Shown: one piece after another, positions 48,411-58,316 of the stretch
Position numbering within the stretch: the first letter of the stretch is position 1
Layout of the letters: every line of letters begins with the position of its first letter
DNA from: Gemmatimonadota bacterium
GTDB taxonomy: Bacteria > Gemmatimonadota > Gemmatimonadetes > Gemmatimonadales > Gemmatimonadaceae
Length of the DNA: 64,000 bases
Direction of reading: 5' to 3'
Assembly (NCBI GenBank): GCA_947462095.1
Contig: CANHNQ010000001.1
Span: forward strand, 12,929-76,928
Made by a program: the position numbers and the translations under genes
Notes under the pieces: generated by a model
Told to the model about the DNA's origin: nothing
Seen by the model: the letters and a program-made list of their open reading frames with translations, nothing else
Database searches by the model: none

Positions 48411-49857
48411 GCTTCTCCATGAGACGGTAAAGAGTGGTGCGGTCGATGCCCGCCAGTCGCGCGGCCTTCGACATGTTGCCGCCGGCCCGAGTGGTCAGGC
48501 GTGACAGATATTCCTTCTCGAACTGCGCGATCAGGTTGTCCTTGGCCATGTGGAAGGCATCGTTCATGATCGTGAGCGGTAGTCCCGCGTCCGCCACGGG
48601 TCCGGCGTCATCGTCGTACACAGGAATATCGTTCGGCTCAATGGGGCGACTGCCATCGGCGATCACGGCGAGATGCTCAATGACGTTCTGTAGCTCACGC
48701 ACGTTGCCGCGCCACGGGCGCGACTGCAGAAACGCGATCGTCTCAGGCGTGAGCTGGGGAGCCGGCGCACCACTCGTGCGGTGGCGCTCCCACGAACGTT
48801 TCAGGAAGAATTCGGCCAGCAGCGGGATATCTTCGAGCCGCTTCCGGAGCGGTGGGAGCTTGATGGGCACCACACGCAGGCGGTAAAACAGGTCTTCTCG
48901 CAGGAGCCCCTGCTGCACCGCTTCCTGCGGGTCGCGGTTCGTGGCGGAAATGAAGCGCACATCGACCACCGCATCCTGCGTCTCGCTGCCCAAGCGCCGC
49001 ACCACGCCATCCTGCAGCACGCGAAGCAACTTGGCCTGTAACGGCATGGTCATTTCGGTGAGCTCGTCAAGAAACAGCGTGCCGCCGTTGGCGACTTCCA
49101 GCAAACCGGCTTTGTCGCGGTCGGCACCCGTGAAGGCGCCTTTGCGATAGCCGAACATTTCCGATTCCAGCAGGTTGTCCGGCAGCGCCGCGCAGTTGAG
49201 GGGCACCAGCTTGTGCGCCGTTCGGCGGCTGTGCCGGTGAATGAACTGGGCGATCATCTCCTTGCCGGTGCCGCTCTCGCCGCTGATCATCACGGAGGCG
49301 TCGGTGGCGGCCACCTTCTGGGCCAGTTCGACCGCTTTCCGGAACGACGGCGACACCCCCAGAAGCGCCATGGGTTCGCCGGCTCCGTTCTGCGTGACCA
49401 ACGATGGCCTGATCTGCTCGCGGCTCTCCCGATTGGCGTGTACGGCATGCGCCGCACGTCCAACCAGTACCTGCAGATGTGACGCCGAGAACGGCTTCGG
49501 CAGGTAGTCCCAAGCGCCGGCGCGCAGCGCCTCGATGCTCGAGGCCACGCTGGGGTTGCCGGTCATCATCACGACGATCGCATCCTTATGAGTCTCGATC
49601 GCGGCCTTCAGAACCTCCATCCCCGAGATGGGGGCCATGTAGAGGTCGGTCAGGATCAGGTCGAACTTGCGCCGTCGTACGAGGTCCACCGCCTCCTCGC
49701 CGCGGCCGGCGGTCACCACGACATGCCCGTCCATCTGGAGGACCGATGCGCATCCTTCCCGGAGCGTCCGATCATCGTCGGCCACAAGGATGCGGAGGCC
49801 GGTGCCCTTGTCGGGCACGGCAGTTGCGCTGGAGTCGGAGAGGAACGGGTCGGTCAT
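48370..49857 (-). CDS. Sigma54-dependent response regulator (NtrC/PrsR-like)
   Basis: REC (ADDD, TDLYM, KPF), GESGTGKE, GAFTGA, FLDE, WRGNVREL, Fis-type HTH. Confidence 0.96.
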   Translation of the reverse strand: MTDPFLSDSSATAVPDKGTGLRILVADDDRTLREGCASVLQMDGHVVVTAGRGEEAVDLVRRRKFDLILTDLYMAPISGMEVLKAAIETHKDAIVVMMTGNPSVASSIEALRAGAWDYLPKPFSASHLQVLVGRAAHAVHANRESREQIRPSLVTQNGAGEPMALLGVSPSFRKAVELAQKVAATDASVMISGESGTGKEMIAQFIHRHSRRTAHKLVPLNCAALPDNLLESEMFGYRKGAFTGADRDKAGLLEVANGGTLFLDELTEMTMPLQAKLLRVLQDGVVRRLGSETQDAVVDVRFISATNRDPQEAVQQGLLREDLFYRLRVVPIKLPPLRKRLEDIPLLAEFFLKRSWERHRTSGAPAPQLTPETIAFLQSRPWRGNVRELQNVIEHLAVIADGSRPIEPNDIPVYDDDAGPVADAGLPLTIMNDAFHMAKDNLIAQFEKEYLSRLTTRAGGNMSKAARLAGIDRTTLYRLMEKHGFRRDILSGTAD

Positions 49858-50216
49858 AAGGGAGGTACTGAGTCGGGACGTGCCCGCAGCACGCGGGAAC
49901 CACAGGATTTTCGCACGTTGATGTACACTGCGGCGGGAATGAGACACTCCCCGATGGTTCTCTGCAACAGTAGCGGTGGTGCAGCGAATGTGTTGCTTCC
50001 GTCTACATTGAATACGACCAGGGGACGGAATCGTCAATAATTAACGTGGTGTCGGTACTACAGTTCTCGTGTCATGACCGCAACAGTATGGAAAAAGTAA
50101 CAGCGGTGTAGCGACGGAGCATCGTGGTGTGTGCGCCTACGCATCACTGTGTTGCGGATCAATTAGCTTAACCGTCATATCACCGGCACTTCGTCAGACC
50201 TCAGCCCGCTCAACCA

Positions 50217-52676
50217 ATGGCCGGTTCGCAGATTCAACCTCATCCGTCTCGGGACACCGCGATGGATTCGTTCCAAGACGGCGCTCCTCCCGCAGACTGG
50301 GGAGGGGGGCAGCAGCCTGCTGCCCCTGAGCCGACAGGACCTTCGCTCAAGCGATATCTCTCGGCACTCAATCGGTTCAAATGGCTGATCGCTGCCTTTG
50401 GGCTGCTCGGTGGCGCCGGCGGCTACGTGGCAACCCGGTATATCGAGCCTGAGTACGAGGTACGGGCCACCATTCTCCTTGAGCAAGGCACCGGCACTGA
50501 GGGCTCGAGTCGCGGGCCCATTCAGGCCGAGGAGTTGCTGCAGGCATCGGGGTGGAAAGATCTCTTGCGCTCGTTCGCGATCGCCGATCCGGTCGTCACA
50601 GAAATGGGACTCTTTGTCTCCCCGCAAAATGCCGCCGACAGCTCGTTGTTTCGGCAATTCCGTGTGGAGCAGACGCGACTGCGCCCGGGTGACTATGTCC
50701 TCGCGGTTGCGCAGAACAGCTACACGTTGACCTACCTCGCCAAGGCGCAGGGCGCGGTTGGCGGTGTCGTGGAAACGGGGGCCGTCGGTGACTCGATCGG
50801 CCGAAACGTCGGATTCCAATGGCAGCCGCCCGCCGCCAGCCTTGCCAATCGGTCGGAGTTGGCGTTCCGGGTCCAGACACCTCGAGAGGCATCCATCGGT
50901 CTCATTAGCCGAATGGAAATGAAGCTCGACAACGGCAGTGCCTTCCTGTTCCTCACGCTCACGGGGACGGACGCCAAGCGCACGGCGGCCACCCTGAATG
51001 CGTGGGTCGAGCAGTTCGTCGTGGTCGCCACGACGCTCAAGAAGAAGAACGTGATGTCGGTCGCCACGATTTTGGACGGGCAGCGCGCGTACGCGGCCGA
51101 TGGGCTCGCCCAAGCCGAGTCGCAACTGGAGAGCTTCCGTGTCCGCACCGTGACCGAGCCGAATGAACGGCAAACGATCGCGCCGGGCATCGAGATGACC
51201 AATTCACCGGTCTTCGACGCGTACTTCCGCGATCGCGTCCAGGCGGACAATTACCAGCGCGACCGGTTGGCGCTGGAGCGCATCCTCGATGCAGGTCGTC
51301 GCACCGGTACCATTACGCGTGAGGCGGTCCTGTCCATTCCGATCGTGAATGGCGATCCGGCGGCCGAGAACCTCCGACGCGCGCTCACGGAGCAGGCTGA
51401 CCGCGAACAATCGTTGCGACGCTTGCGGGAGAGCTACACCGACGAATTTCAGAAGGTCAAGGACGAGCAGGCGGCGCTGACCGCACTGCGATCGACCACG
51501 CTGCCCAATGCGATGGGGGCGTATCTCGCCGAGTTGCGCCTGCGGGAGCAGGCGCTCAATGCGACCGTCGCCCAAAGTAGCAAGGACCTGCGGAGCATCC
51601 CGAGTCGTACGATCGAGGAACAGCGGCTCAAGCGTCAGGTGGAAGTCAGCGCCGAGATGTATCGGAACCTGAACCTCAAGGCGGCGGAGGCCAAGCTCGC
51701 CGAGGCAGCCACCGTTCCCGATGTCTCGATTCTCGATCCCGCGGTCGCGCCGCTTCGCCCTACGCAGAATACGGCCCCGGTCATCATTCTCGGGGCTCTG
51801 GCGGCCGCGCTCGGGCTCGGCGTGGTGCTGGCCATCCTGCTCGACCAGGTCGACAAGCGCTTCCGGCATCCCGAGCAGGCCACCAACGATCTCGGCCTCT
51901 TCGTGCTGGGCGTCGTGCCGGTCGTCGGCAGCAAGAAGGGACGGAAGTTGGCGGATGACGCGTCGCAGGTGGTCGAGGCGTTCAGAACCATCCGGATGAA
52001 CGTCCGCTACGCCGCCGACCCGTCACGCCCGCTCGCCATCACGATCACCAGTCCGGGGCCGAACGATGGTAAATCGCTGATCTCCAGCAACTTGGCGCTG
52101 TCATTCGCCGAGTCCGGTGCGCGCACGTTGCTAATCGATGGCGACATCCGCCGAGGTGAGCTGGGGAAGACCTTTGGCACGCCGACCCGCCCGGGGCTCG
52201 TCGAATATCTGGAAGGCACCGCCCTGATCGCTGAAGTGCTGCATCCGGTGGCGGCGCACGCGAACCTCACGCTGTTACCGGGTGGTGCTCGAAAGCGGCG
52301 GGGTCCCGAGCTGCTCGCCACCTCGCGACTGGTGCAGCTGATCAACCAGATGTCAGCCGAATACGACGTCGTGATTGTGGACTCGCCACCGCTGGGCGCC
52401 GGTTTCGATGCCTTCGCGCTGGCGACGGCGACCGGTAATCTGGCGTTGGTGATGCGCGCGGGCGTGACCGATCGCAAGATGGCCGAGGCCAAGATGGCGG
52501 TCGTGGATACCCTCCCGGTGCGGGTGATGGGCGCGGTGCTCAACGGCATCAAGCTCACCGGCTCGTACGAGTACTATTCTTACTATCAGGAGTACGCGGC
52601 ACACGATGAAGAGCTGCCGGCGCGTTTGACCGACGGTTCCGAGTCTGTTCGCACTCTTCCGGTGAACGGCCGATGA
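50217..52676 (+). CDS. Polysaccharide co-polymerase / tyrosine autokinase (Wzc-like)
   Basis: Two TMs, coiled coil, EAFRTIR, Walker A SPGPNDGKS, IDGDIRR, VDSPP, Tyr cluster YEYYSYYQEY. Confidence 0.95.
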   Translation: MAGSQIQPHPSRDTAMDSFQDGAPPADWGGGQQPAAPEPTGPSLKRYLSALNRFKWLIAAFGLLGGAGGYVATRYIEPEYEVRATILLEQGTGTEGSSRGPIQAEELLQASGWKDLLRSFAIADPVVTEMGLFVSPQNAADSSLFRQFRVEQTRLRPGDYVLAVAQNSYTLTYLAKAQGAVGGVVETGAVGDSIGRNVGFQWQPPAASLANRSELAFRVQTPREASIGLISRMEMKLDNGSAFLFLTLTGTDAKRTAATLNAWVEQFVVVATTLKKKNVMSVATILDGQRAYAADGLAQAESQLESFRVRTVTEPNERQTIAPGIEMTNSPVFDAYFRDRVQADNYQRDRLALERILDAGRRTGTITREAVLSIPIVNGDPAAENLRRALTEQADREQSLRRLRESYTDEFQKVKDEQAALTALRSTTLPNAMGAYLAELRLREQALNATVAQSSKDLRSIPSRTIEEQRLKRQVEVSAEMYRNLNLKAAEAKLAEAATVPDVSILDPAVAPLRPTQNTAPVIILGALAAALGLGVVLAILLDQVDKRFRHPEQATNDLGLFVLGVVPVVGSKKGRKLADDASQVVEAFRTIRMNVRYAADPSRPLAITITSPGPNDGKSLISSNLALSFAESGARTLLIDGDIRRGELGKTFGTPTRPGLVEYLEGTALIAEVLHPVAAHANLTLLPGGARKRRGPELLATSRLVQLINQMSAEYDVVIVDSPPLGAGFDAFALATATGNLALVMRAGVTDRKMAEAKMAVVDTLPVRVMGAVLNGIKLTGSYEYYSYYQEYAAHDEELPARLTDGSESVRTLPVNGR

Positions 52677-53533
52677 CCTCGAGCACACGATTCCCCCACA
52701 TGGCATGCTGGTCCCGTGGCGCTCGCCGTCATGTCCGCGCGGCCGCGGTCGCGGTTGCGGCCGCGCTGGTTCTTGGTGCTGGTACACCGTCGGCGTACGC
52801 GCAGGCGGCCCCCTCGGCCGGTGCGCAGCGCGCGTTGCGAGCCGACTTGGTGGCCCGAGTGGCGAAGGTCGAGCAGGAATTGGCCAGCGGGCAACTCACG
52901 GGCGCTAACCAGAATCGCGCCAAGGCGGAGCTTGCGGCGATCCGACAGCGCCTGGAGCAGGGTGACTTCAAGGTGGGTGATCGGTTCGTGCTCACCTTCC
53001 GTCAGGATTCCGTACGCACCGATACGGCGTCGGTGCGCGATAGCCTGATGGTGTCCCTCCTCACCCTGCCCGATGTCTCGCTCGCGGGCGTGTTACGCTC
53101 CGAGCTCGACGACCGGCTCAACGCCCATGTGGCGCGATTTGTCAAGAATGCATCGGTCCGTTCGAGCGTGCTCACCCGAATTTCGATTCGCGGCGCCGTG
53201 CAGGGCCCAGGGTTCTACTATGCGCCACCCGACCGCCCGGTCAGTGATCTCGTGATGCTGGCTGGCGGCCCATTGGTCTCGGCAAATCTTGATCAGCTTG
53301 AACTACGGCGCGGCGCCGTGGTACTGCTGAAACTGAAAGACTCGAAGCGCGTGGTGAAGGACGGGCGTACCCTCGAGCAGCTCGATATCCAGTCGGGCGA
53401 CGAAGTGATCATCTCGGCCAAGCGCGGGCGGCCCGCGTTCTCATCCGTGATCCAGCTGCTCTTCGTCTTCTCGTCCTTGTTCTTCGCCTTCCTGCAGTTC
53501 GTGCAGTGGTACTACAGTCGGCAGGAAGGCTGA
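52673..53533 (+). CDS. SLBB-domain polysaccharide export protein (Wza-like)
   Basis: Signal peptide, FKVGDRF, RGAVQGPG, LAGG, IQSGDEVII, C-terminal hydrophobic helix. Confidence 0.75.
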   Translation: MTSSTRFPHMACWSRGARRHVRAAAVAVAAALVLGAGTPSAYAQAAPSAGAQRALRADLVARVAKVEQELASGQLTGANQNRAKAELAAIRQRLEQGDFKVGDRFVLTFRQDSVRTDTASVRDSLMVSLLTLPDVSLAGVLRSELDDRLNAHVARFVKNASVRSSVLTRISIRGAVQGPGFYYAPPDRPVSDLVMLAGGPLVSANLDQLELRRGAVVLLKLKDSKRVVKDGRTLEQLDIQSGDEVIISAKRGRPAFSSVIQLLFVFSSLFFAFLQFVQWYYSRQEG

Positions 53534-54325
53534 GTGTTTCGCGTGCACGACCACACCTACTTCTCCATCATTCCGATCAGTGGCGGCGGGCCACGACCGC
53601 CTGCCCAAAGTGTCCGGCCCAGTCGCAGCGAACCAGTCGCCCTCTCGGTCACTGGCCCCGATGACGACTTCGAGCCGCGACCGCGGTCGGAGCTGGTGGC
53701 GCGGGTCTTCAACTGTGCGGCGGCGATCGTGCTGGTGTGCGTGACGGCACCGGTCATGCTGCTTGCGGCCGTGCTCATCCGTCTGTCTTCGCGTGGACCG
53801 GTGTTCTACACGCAAACGCGGGTTGGCATCGACCGCCGATGGAATCGCACGCGCGCCATGCGGGATCGTCGACGTGAGGACTTGGGCGGGATTCCGTTCA
53901 CGATTTACAAGTTCCGCTCCATGCGGGTCGATGCCGAGTTGCATGGCAACGCGGTCTGGGCCACGCAGGACGACGATCGGGTGACCAGGATCGGCAAGGT
54001 CATTCGCAAGACCCGTATCGATGAGTTGCCGCAGCTCTTCAACGTGCTCCGCGGTGACATGAATGTGGTCGGGCCGCGTCCCGAACGCCCGAGCATTTTC
54101 GTGCGCCTGCGGGAGCAGATTCAGGAGTATCCGGTTCGGCAGCGCGTGAAGCCTGGGATCACCGGGCTGGCGCAGGTGTCGAATCCCTACGATACGTGTC
54201 TCGACGACGTGAAGCGGAAGGTGCATTTCGATGTGGAATACATGAAACGGCAGTCACTGTGGCTCGACGTCTGTATTATGGCGCGTACCGTGCCGGTGAT
54301 GCTGTTCCGCATTGGGGGATGGTAG
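53534..54325 (+). CDS. Priming polyprenyl-phosphate sugar-1-phosphate transferase
   Basis: KFRSM, DDRVT, RIDELPQLFNVLRGDMNVVGPRPERP, VKPGITGLAQV. Confidence 0.95.
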   Translation: MFRVHDHTYFSIIPISGGGPRPPAQSVRPSRSEPVALSVTGPDDDFEPRPRSELVARVFNCAAAIVLVCVTAPVMLLAAVLIRLSSRGPVFYTQTRVGIDRRWNRTRAMRDRRREDLGGIPFTIYKFRSMRVDAELHGNAVWATQDDDRVTRIGKVIRKTRIDELPQLFNVLRGDMNVVGPRPERPSIFVRLREQIQEYPVRQRVKPGITGLAQVSNPYDTCLDDVKRKVHFDVEYMKRQSLWLDVCIMARTVPVMLFRIGGW

Positions 54326-55533
54326 GTCCCGCGTACGCTGAGCGCTCGCGCTCGACGGCGCTGATGAGCATCGAGCAACTGCCGCCCAACGTGTGGGAAA
54401 GTTCAGGACGCGACTGCTGGGAACGGGTCGTCTCGCGCATGCCGTCGGCTCGTCCCTTCCTCGCTACCGTATGGGTCAACGCCTGGATGCAGGTGTTCGG
54501 GCCCAAGCTCCACCCGGTGCAACTGCATGTGCGCGACGAGCGCGGTGCGCCAATCGGCACGTGCCTGCTGACCGCACGGGTTCGGCGTGAAACGGTCGTG
54601 CCGCACGTGCGGGTCCATCTCAACACTGATGGAGAAAATGCGGTGGACAGCGTCATTGTTGAGCACAATGCCCTCCTGGCAATCGCCGGGGCCGAAGATG
54701 TTGTCGCGCAGGCCGTGGCCGACCATATCGTTGCCATGCGGGCCGATGAGTTTCGCGTGGCCGGTGTCAGCGAGGTCGAGGTGGTCCGTCTTGTGCGCGC
54801 CTTCCCCGGGTGGACGGCGGACATCGAGTGGCATCGCGCGCCCTATGTGAATCTCGATCTGCTTCGCGCGGATTCGCGTGCACATCTGGACGTGTTGAGT
54901 CGCAATACCCGCGAACAGCTGCGGCGCAGCCTCACGCGCTATCAGCGCCGAGGGCCGGTCGTCGTCGACGTGGCGCGCACGGCGAGCGACGCCGAGGCGA
55001 TGTTCGATGAGCTGGTTGCGCTACACGAAACCCGATGGCGGGCCGCCGGACACGCCGGCGCGTTTGCCAGTCCGTTGCGTCGCGAGTTTCATCGGGCCTT
55101 CATTCGTGACGGGGTGCCCACCGGACACGCGCAGCTCCTGCGGATCACCGCGGGCAGCGACACGATCGCCGTGCTGTACAACTTGGTGGCCAATGGCCGC
55201 GTGAATTTCTACCAGTCGGGACTCCGTCAGGAAGATGACACGCACCTGAAGCCCGGGATGGTAGCCCATCACTTGGCCATTCAGCACTATCTCGACCACG
55301 GATATGCTGAGTACGACTTCCTGTCCTCCGCACCGGGTGAAGGGCGATACAAGTCGTCGCTGGCCAACGATTCACGGCAGCTCGCCCAGCTCACCCTGGC
55401 GCGCCCGGGGTGGCGACGTCGCTACTTCGATGGGCTGCGCCGCCTGCGCCGCGGTGCGACGAGCGTGAGTCGGTCATTCGCGCTGCACCGTGTCCCGCGC
55501 CGTGCGGCGGAGACGCCGGAGCCGTCGCCGTGA
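54319..55533 (+). CDS. CelD/BcsL-type GNAT acyltransferase
   Basis: LSRNTREQLRR, LHETRW, YQSG, KPGMVAH, YDFL...YK; start 54319 or 54364. Confidence 0.85.
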   Translation: MVGPAYAERSRSTALMSIEQLPPNVWESSGRDCWERVVSRMPSARPFLATVWVNAWMQVFGPKLHPVQLHVRDERGAPIGTCLLTARVRRETVVPHVRVHLNTDGENAVDSVIVEHNALLAIAGAEDVVAQAVADHIVAMRADEFRVAGVSEVEVVRLVRAFPGWTADIEWHRAPYVNLDLLRADSRAHLDVLSRNTREQLRRSLTRYQRRGPVVVDVARTASDAEAMFDELVALHETRWRAAGHAGAFASPLRREFHRAFIRDGVPTGHAQLLRITAGSDTIAVLYNLVANGRVNFYQSGLRQEDDTHLKPGMVAHHLAIQHYLDHGYAEYDFLSSAPGEGRYKSSLANDSRQLAQLTLARPGWRRRYFDGLRRLRRGATSVSRSFALHRVPRRAAETPEPSP

Positions 55534-56540
55534 CCGGATCGGCGAAATCGGCGGCCTTCGATCTGTTGGCGCATCCGTGGTTCGGTCGGTTCCTGTCGCT
55601 TGGTGGGGGCCCGCGCTGCGTCGTGCTGATGCTGCATCGATTTCAGTCGGCCGATCACAGCGTGACCGGTCACGATCCAGCACAGCTGCGCACGTTGCTC
55701 GCCGGCCTCCGCCGCAGCAACATCGCACTGATTGATGTGGCGCAGGCGATCACGGCCATGGGCGATGCCACCACTCGGGCCTCGCTTCCCCGTCGCTCGG
55801 TCGCCTTTACCGTCGACGATGGATACGCCGATCTGGTCGAAGTGGGCGAGCCCGTGTTCGCCGAGTTCGATTGTCCGGTCACCGGCTTCGTGGTGCCCGG
55901 CGTCATCGACGGGCACTGCTGGTTCTGGTGGGATCAGATCGACTGGATCATGCGACAGACCACGGCCTCCTCGCTGTCGATGGAGCTGCAGGGGCAGCCG
56001 GTCAGCCTGCAGTGGTCCGACGCCGATTCGCGCCACGTCGAGCAGAATCGCCTGATTGAGCGTCTCAAGGAGATCGATCACGACGCGCTGCTCGCGTTCG
56101 TGCACGAGCTCGCGCGGGTGGCCGAGGTGCCGATTCCCCTCGCGGCACCATTCAGATATCGCACACTTCGCTGGGATGAACTGCGGGCCGCCGAGGCGCG
56201 CGGCATGCGTTTCGGCCCGCACAGCATGACGCATCCGATTCTGAACCGGTGCACGGCGGCGCAGTCGGCGCACGAAATCGGGGAATCCGTTCGGCGGGTG
56301 CGCGAGGAGCTGGCGCATCCGCAAGCGATCTTCTGCTATCCCAACGGGCGACCGGGCGATTTCGGGATGCGGGAGATGGCGTCGGTCCGTGCGGCCGGCA
56401 TGACGTCCGCCCTCAGTACGCAGCCACGTGTCCTGTGCATACGTGACGCGCAGACGGCCGATCCGGACTGGCGTTTCGCCGTACCGCGTTTCCCGTACGC
56501 CGAGCACCTCGGTACGGTGGCCCGTTTCTTCCTGCGTTGA
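55530..56540 (+). CDS. Polysaccharide deacetylase
   Basis: LMLHRF, FTVDDGY, FWWD, GPHSMTHPIL, FCYPNG; GTGA overlap. Confidence 0.9.
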   Translation: MTGSAKSAAFDLLAHPWFGRFLSLGGGPRCVVLMLHRFQSADHSVTGHDPAQLRTLLAGLRRSNIALIDVAQAITAMGDATTRASLPRRSVAFTVDDGYADLVEVGEPVFAEFDCPVTGFVVPGVIDGHCWFWWDQIDWIMRQTTASSLSMELQGQPVSLQWSDADSRHVEQNRLIERLKEIDHDALLAFVHELARVAEVPIPLAAPFRYRTLRWDELRAAEARGMRFGPHSMTHPILNRCTAAQSAHEIGESVRRVREELAHPQAIFCYPNGRPGDFGMREMASVRAAGMTSALSTQPRVLCIRDAQTADPDWRFAVPRFPYAEHLGTVARFFLR

Positions 56541-56731
56541 GTGGATCGTGTGACCACGCGGCGAATGACGAGTGGTCCGACGTCCGGGACGGCATCGATC
56601 CCCTCGGTCGCCGAGGGCGTTTTCGCGTGCACGACGTGACCGACGTATGATATGGTGAGTCGTGCCGCTGGCGGGTGTACCGTCGCCGTTCGCCACGTTT
56701 GCTCCGCTCTGACTCGAAGGCTGCTGATGAC

Positions 56732-58276
56732 ATGGCCCCCCACCGCGTGACCGCTGTCGTGCACGAGCCCGTGACCGGGCCGCAGGAGCTGCGCCCTACC
56801 CGGAGTCTCTTTCGCTTGGGCGCGCTGGCTCTGGTGCTGCTGGCGTATTCCAGCAGCTGGTGGCGCTTTCCGTTGGTGTGGATGGACAACCGCAGCTATG
56901 GCTTTCTGGCTGCTGGATTCTGCGTCTGGATGCTCTGGCAGGAGCGCGATCGCCTCGTGTACGAACGCGGTGCGGTGAATGTCGGCCTCGCTCTGCTGCT
57001 GGCGGGGCTCTCGCTGGGCTGGTTCGTGGCGATGGTGGTGAACGTGCAGCTCGCGCACTTGGCTGCGCTGCCGATGGTCCTGCTGGTGTGGACGGGGGCC
57101 GTATTGGGACCGACGGCGTTGCAGCGCACACGCCCCATCGCGCTGATCTTCCTGCTCGCGGTCCCGGTCTGGGAGCTGCTGAACGGACCGCTGCAGTGGA
57201 TGACGGCGTTCGTGAATGGCCTGCTCGTGCGCATGGCGTCGCTCAGCGCCGTCGTCGATGGCAATCAGATCCGGTTCCCCTTCGGAACCCTCGAAGTGGC
57301 CGAGTCGTGCTCGGGGCTCAGCTACTTCATGACCGCGCTCACGATCTCGACCGTGTATGGCCACACGACGCTACGCCATCCACGGGCCAGAGTCGTGGCG
57401 ATTGCCGTTGCCGTGTCGTTGGCGATCGTGGGGAACTGGCTGCGCGTCTTCGGCCTCGTGCTGATCGGCTCCAACACCCGCATGCAGTCGCCGCTCATGA
57501 ACGAGCACGCGACCTACGGATGGGTGATCTTCTGCATCACCCTGGCCGGCTTTTTCGCCGCGACACGACGCATCGAACGTTTCGATGACGGGTTGGGGCC
57601 CGAGCAGCCGATCACGGTTGCGCATGCCGACGCGACAGGACTCGAGCTCGCCGCGCACACGCCGCGCACGCGTCTGGGGGTGGCAACGGCCGTCGCCCTG
57701 CTCGGTCCGATCCTCTATGTCTCGCTGCAGGCCCTCCCGTTTGCGCCGGCCTCCGACGGGCGCGCCGCCGGCATTCATGGCGATGCATCCTGGACACCAT
57801 CCGTGCCGGCGGCGGCGACCGATGGCACGCTGCAGTGGGCGCCGGCCTATCGCGGGGCGAGCACACGGCAATCCCTCTGGTTCGCGCGAGGAGCCGAGCG
57901 TGTGCAGGTCGATCGCTTCATCTATGCCGCCCAGTCGCAGGACGCTGAACTGGTGAGTTCCCAGAACCGGATCGCCTCGGGGCCGAACACGCTGGCTGAA
58001 CGCACCGTCGGACCGCTCGACAGCAACCTGCGAATCGTGAGCGAATCCACGATCCGGACCCCGGATGGCGTGCGCCTGGTCTGGTACTGGTACCGCGTGG
58101 CAGGGATCGAGACATCCGACCCCGCCAAGGCGAAGCTGCTCGAATTCGTCGCGTTCGTGAGGCGAGGCCCACCGTCCGAACTGGTCGCCGCCAGTACGTC
58201 GTGCGGCCCGAGTGATTGTCGTGACGCCAGCGCCACGCTCTTCGAGTTCGTGACCGGTCGCGCGATGCCTCGCTGA
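56732..58276 (+). CDS. xrtA: Exosortase A with C-terminal EpsI domain
   Basis: VAESCSGL (Cys), NWLRV (Arg), EHATYGW (His); EpsI-like LVWYWYRVAG. Confidence 0.88.
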   Translation: MAPHRVTAVVHEPVTGPQELRPTRSLFRLGALALVLLAYSSSWWRFPLVWMDNRSYGFLAAGFCVWMLWQERDRLVYERGAVNVGLALLLAGLSLGWFVAMVVNVQLAHLAALPMVLLVWTGAVLGPTALQRTRPIALIFLLAVPVWELLNGPLQWMTAFVNGLLVRMASLSAVVDGNQIRFPFGTLEVAESCSGLSYFMTALTISTVYGHTTLRHPRARVVAIAVAVSLAIVGNWLRVFGLVLIGSNTRMQSPLMNEHATYGWVIFCITLAGFFAATRRIERFDDGLGPEQPITVAHADATGLELAAHTPRTRLGVATAVALLGPILYVSLQALPFAPASDGRAAGIHGDASWTPSVPAAATDGTLQWAPAYRGASTRQSLWFARGAERVQVDRFIYAAQSQDAELVSSQNRIASGPNTLAERTVGPLDSNLRIVSESTIRTPDGVRLVWYWYRVAGIETSDPAKAKLLEFVAFVRRGPPSELVAASTSCGPSDCRDASATLFEFVTGRAMPR

Positions 58277-58316
58277 GTCTTCGGCGCGGCGCGCCGACCC
58301 CCGCCTTCCTCGGGGA

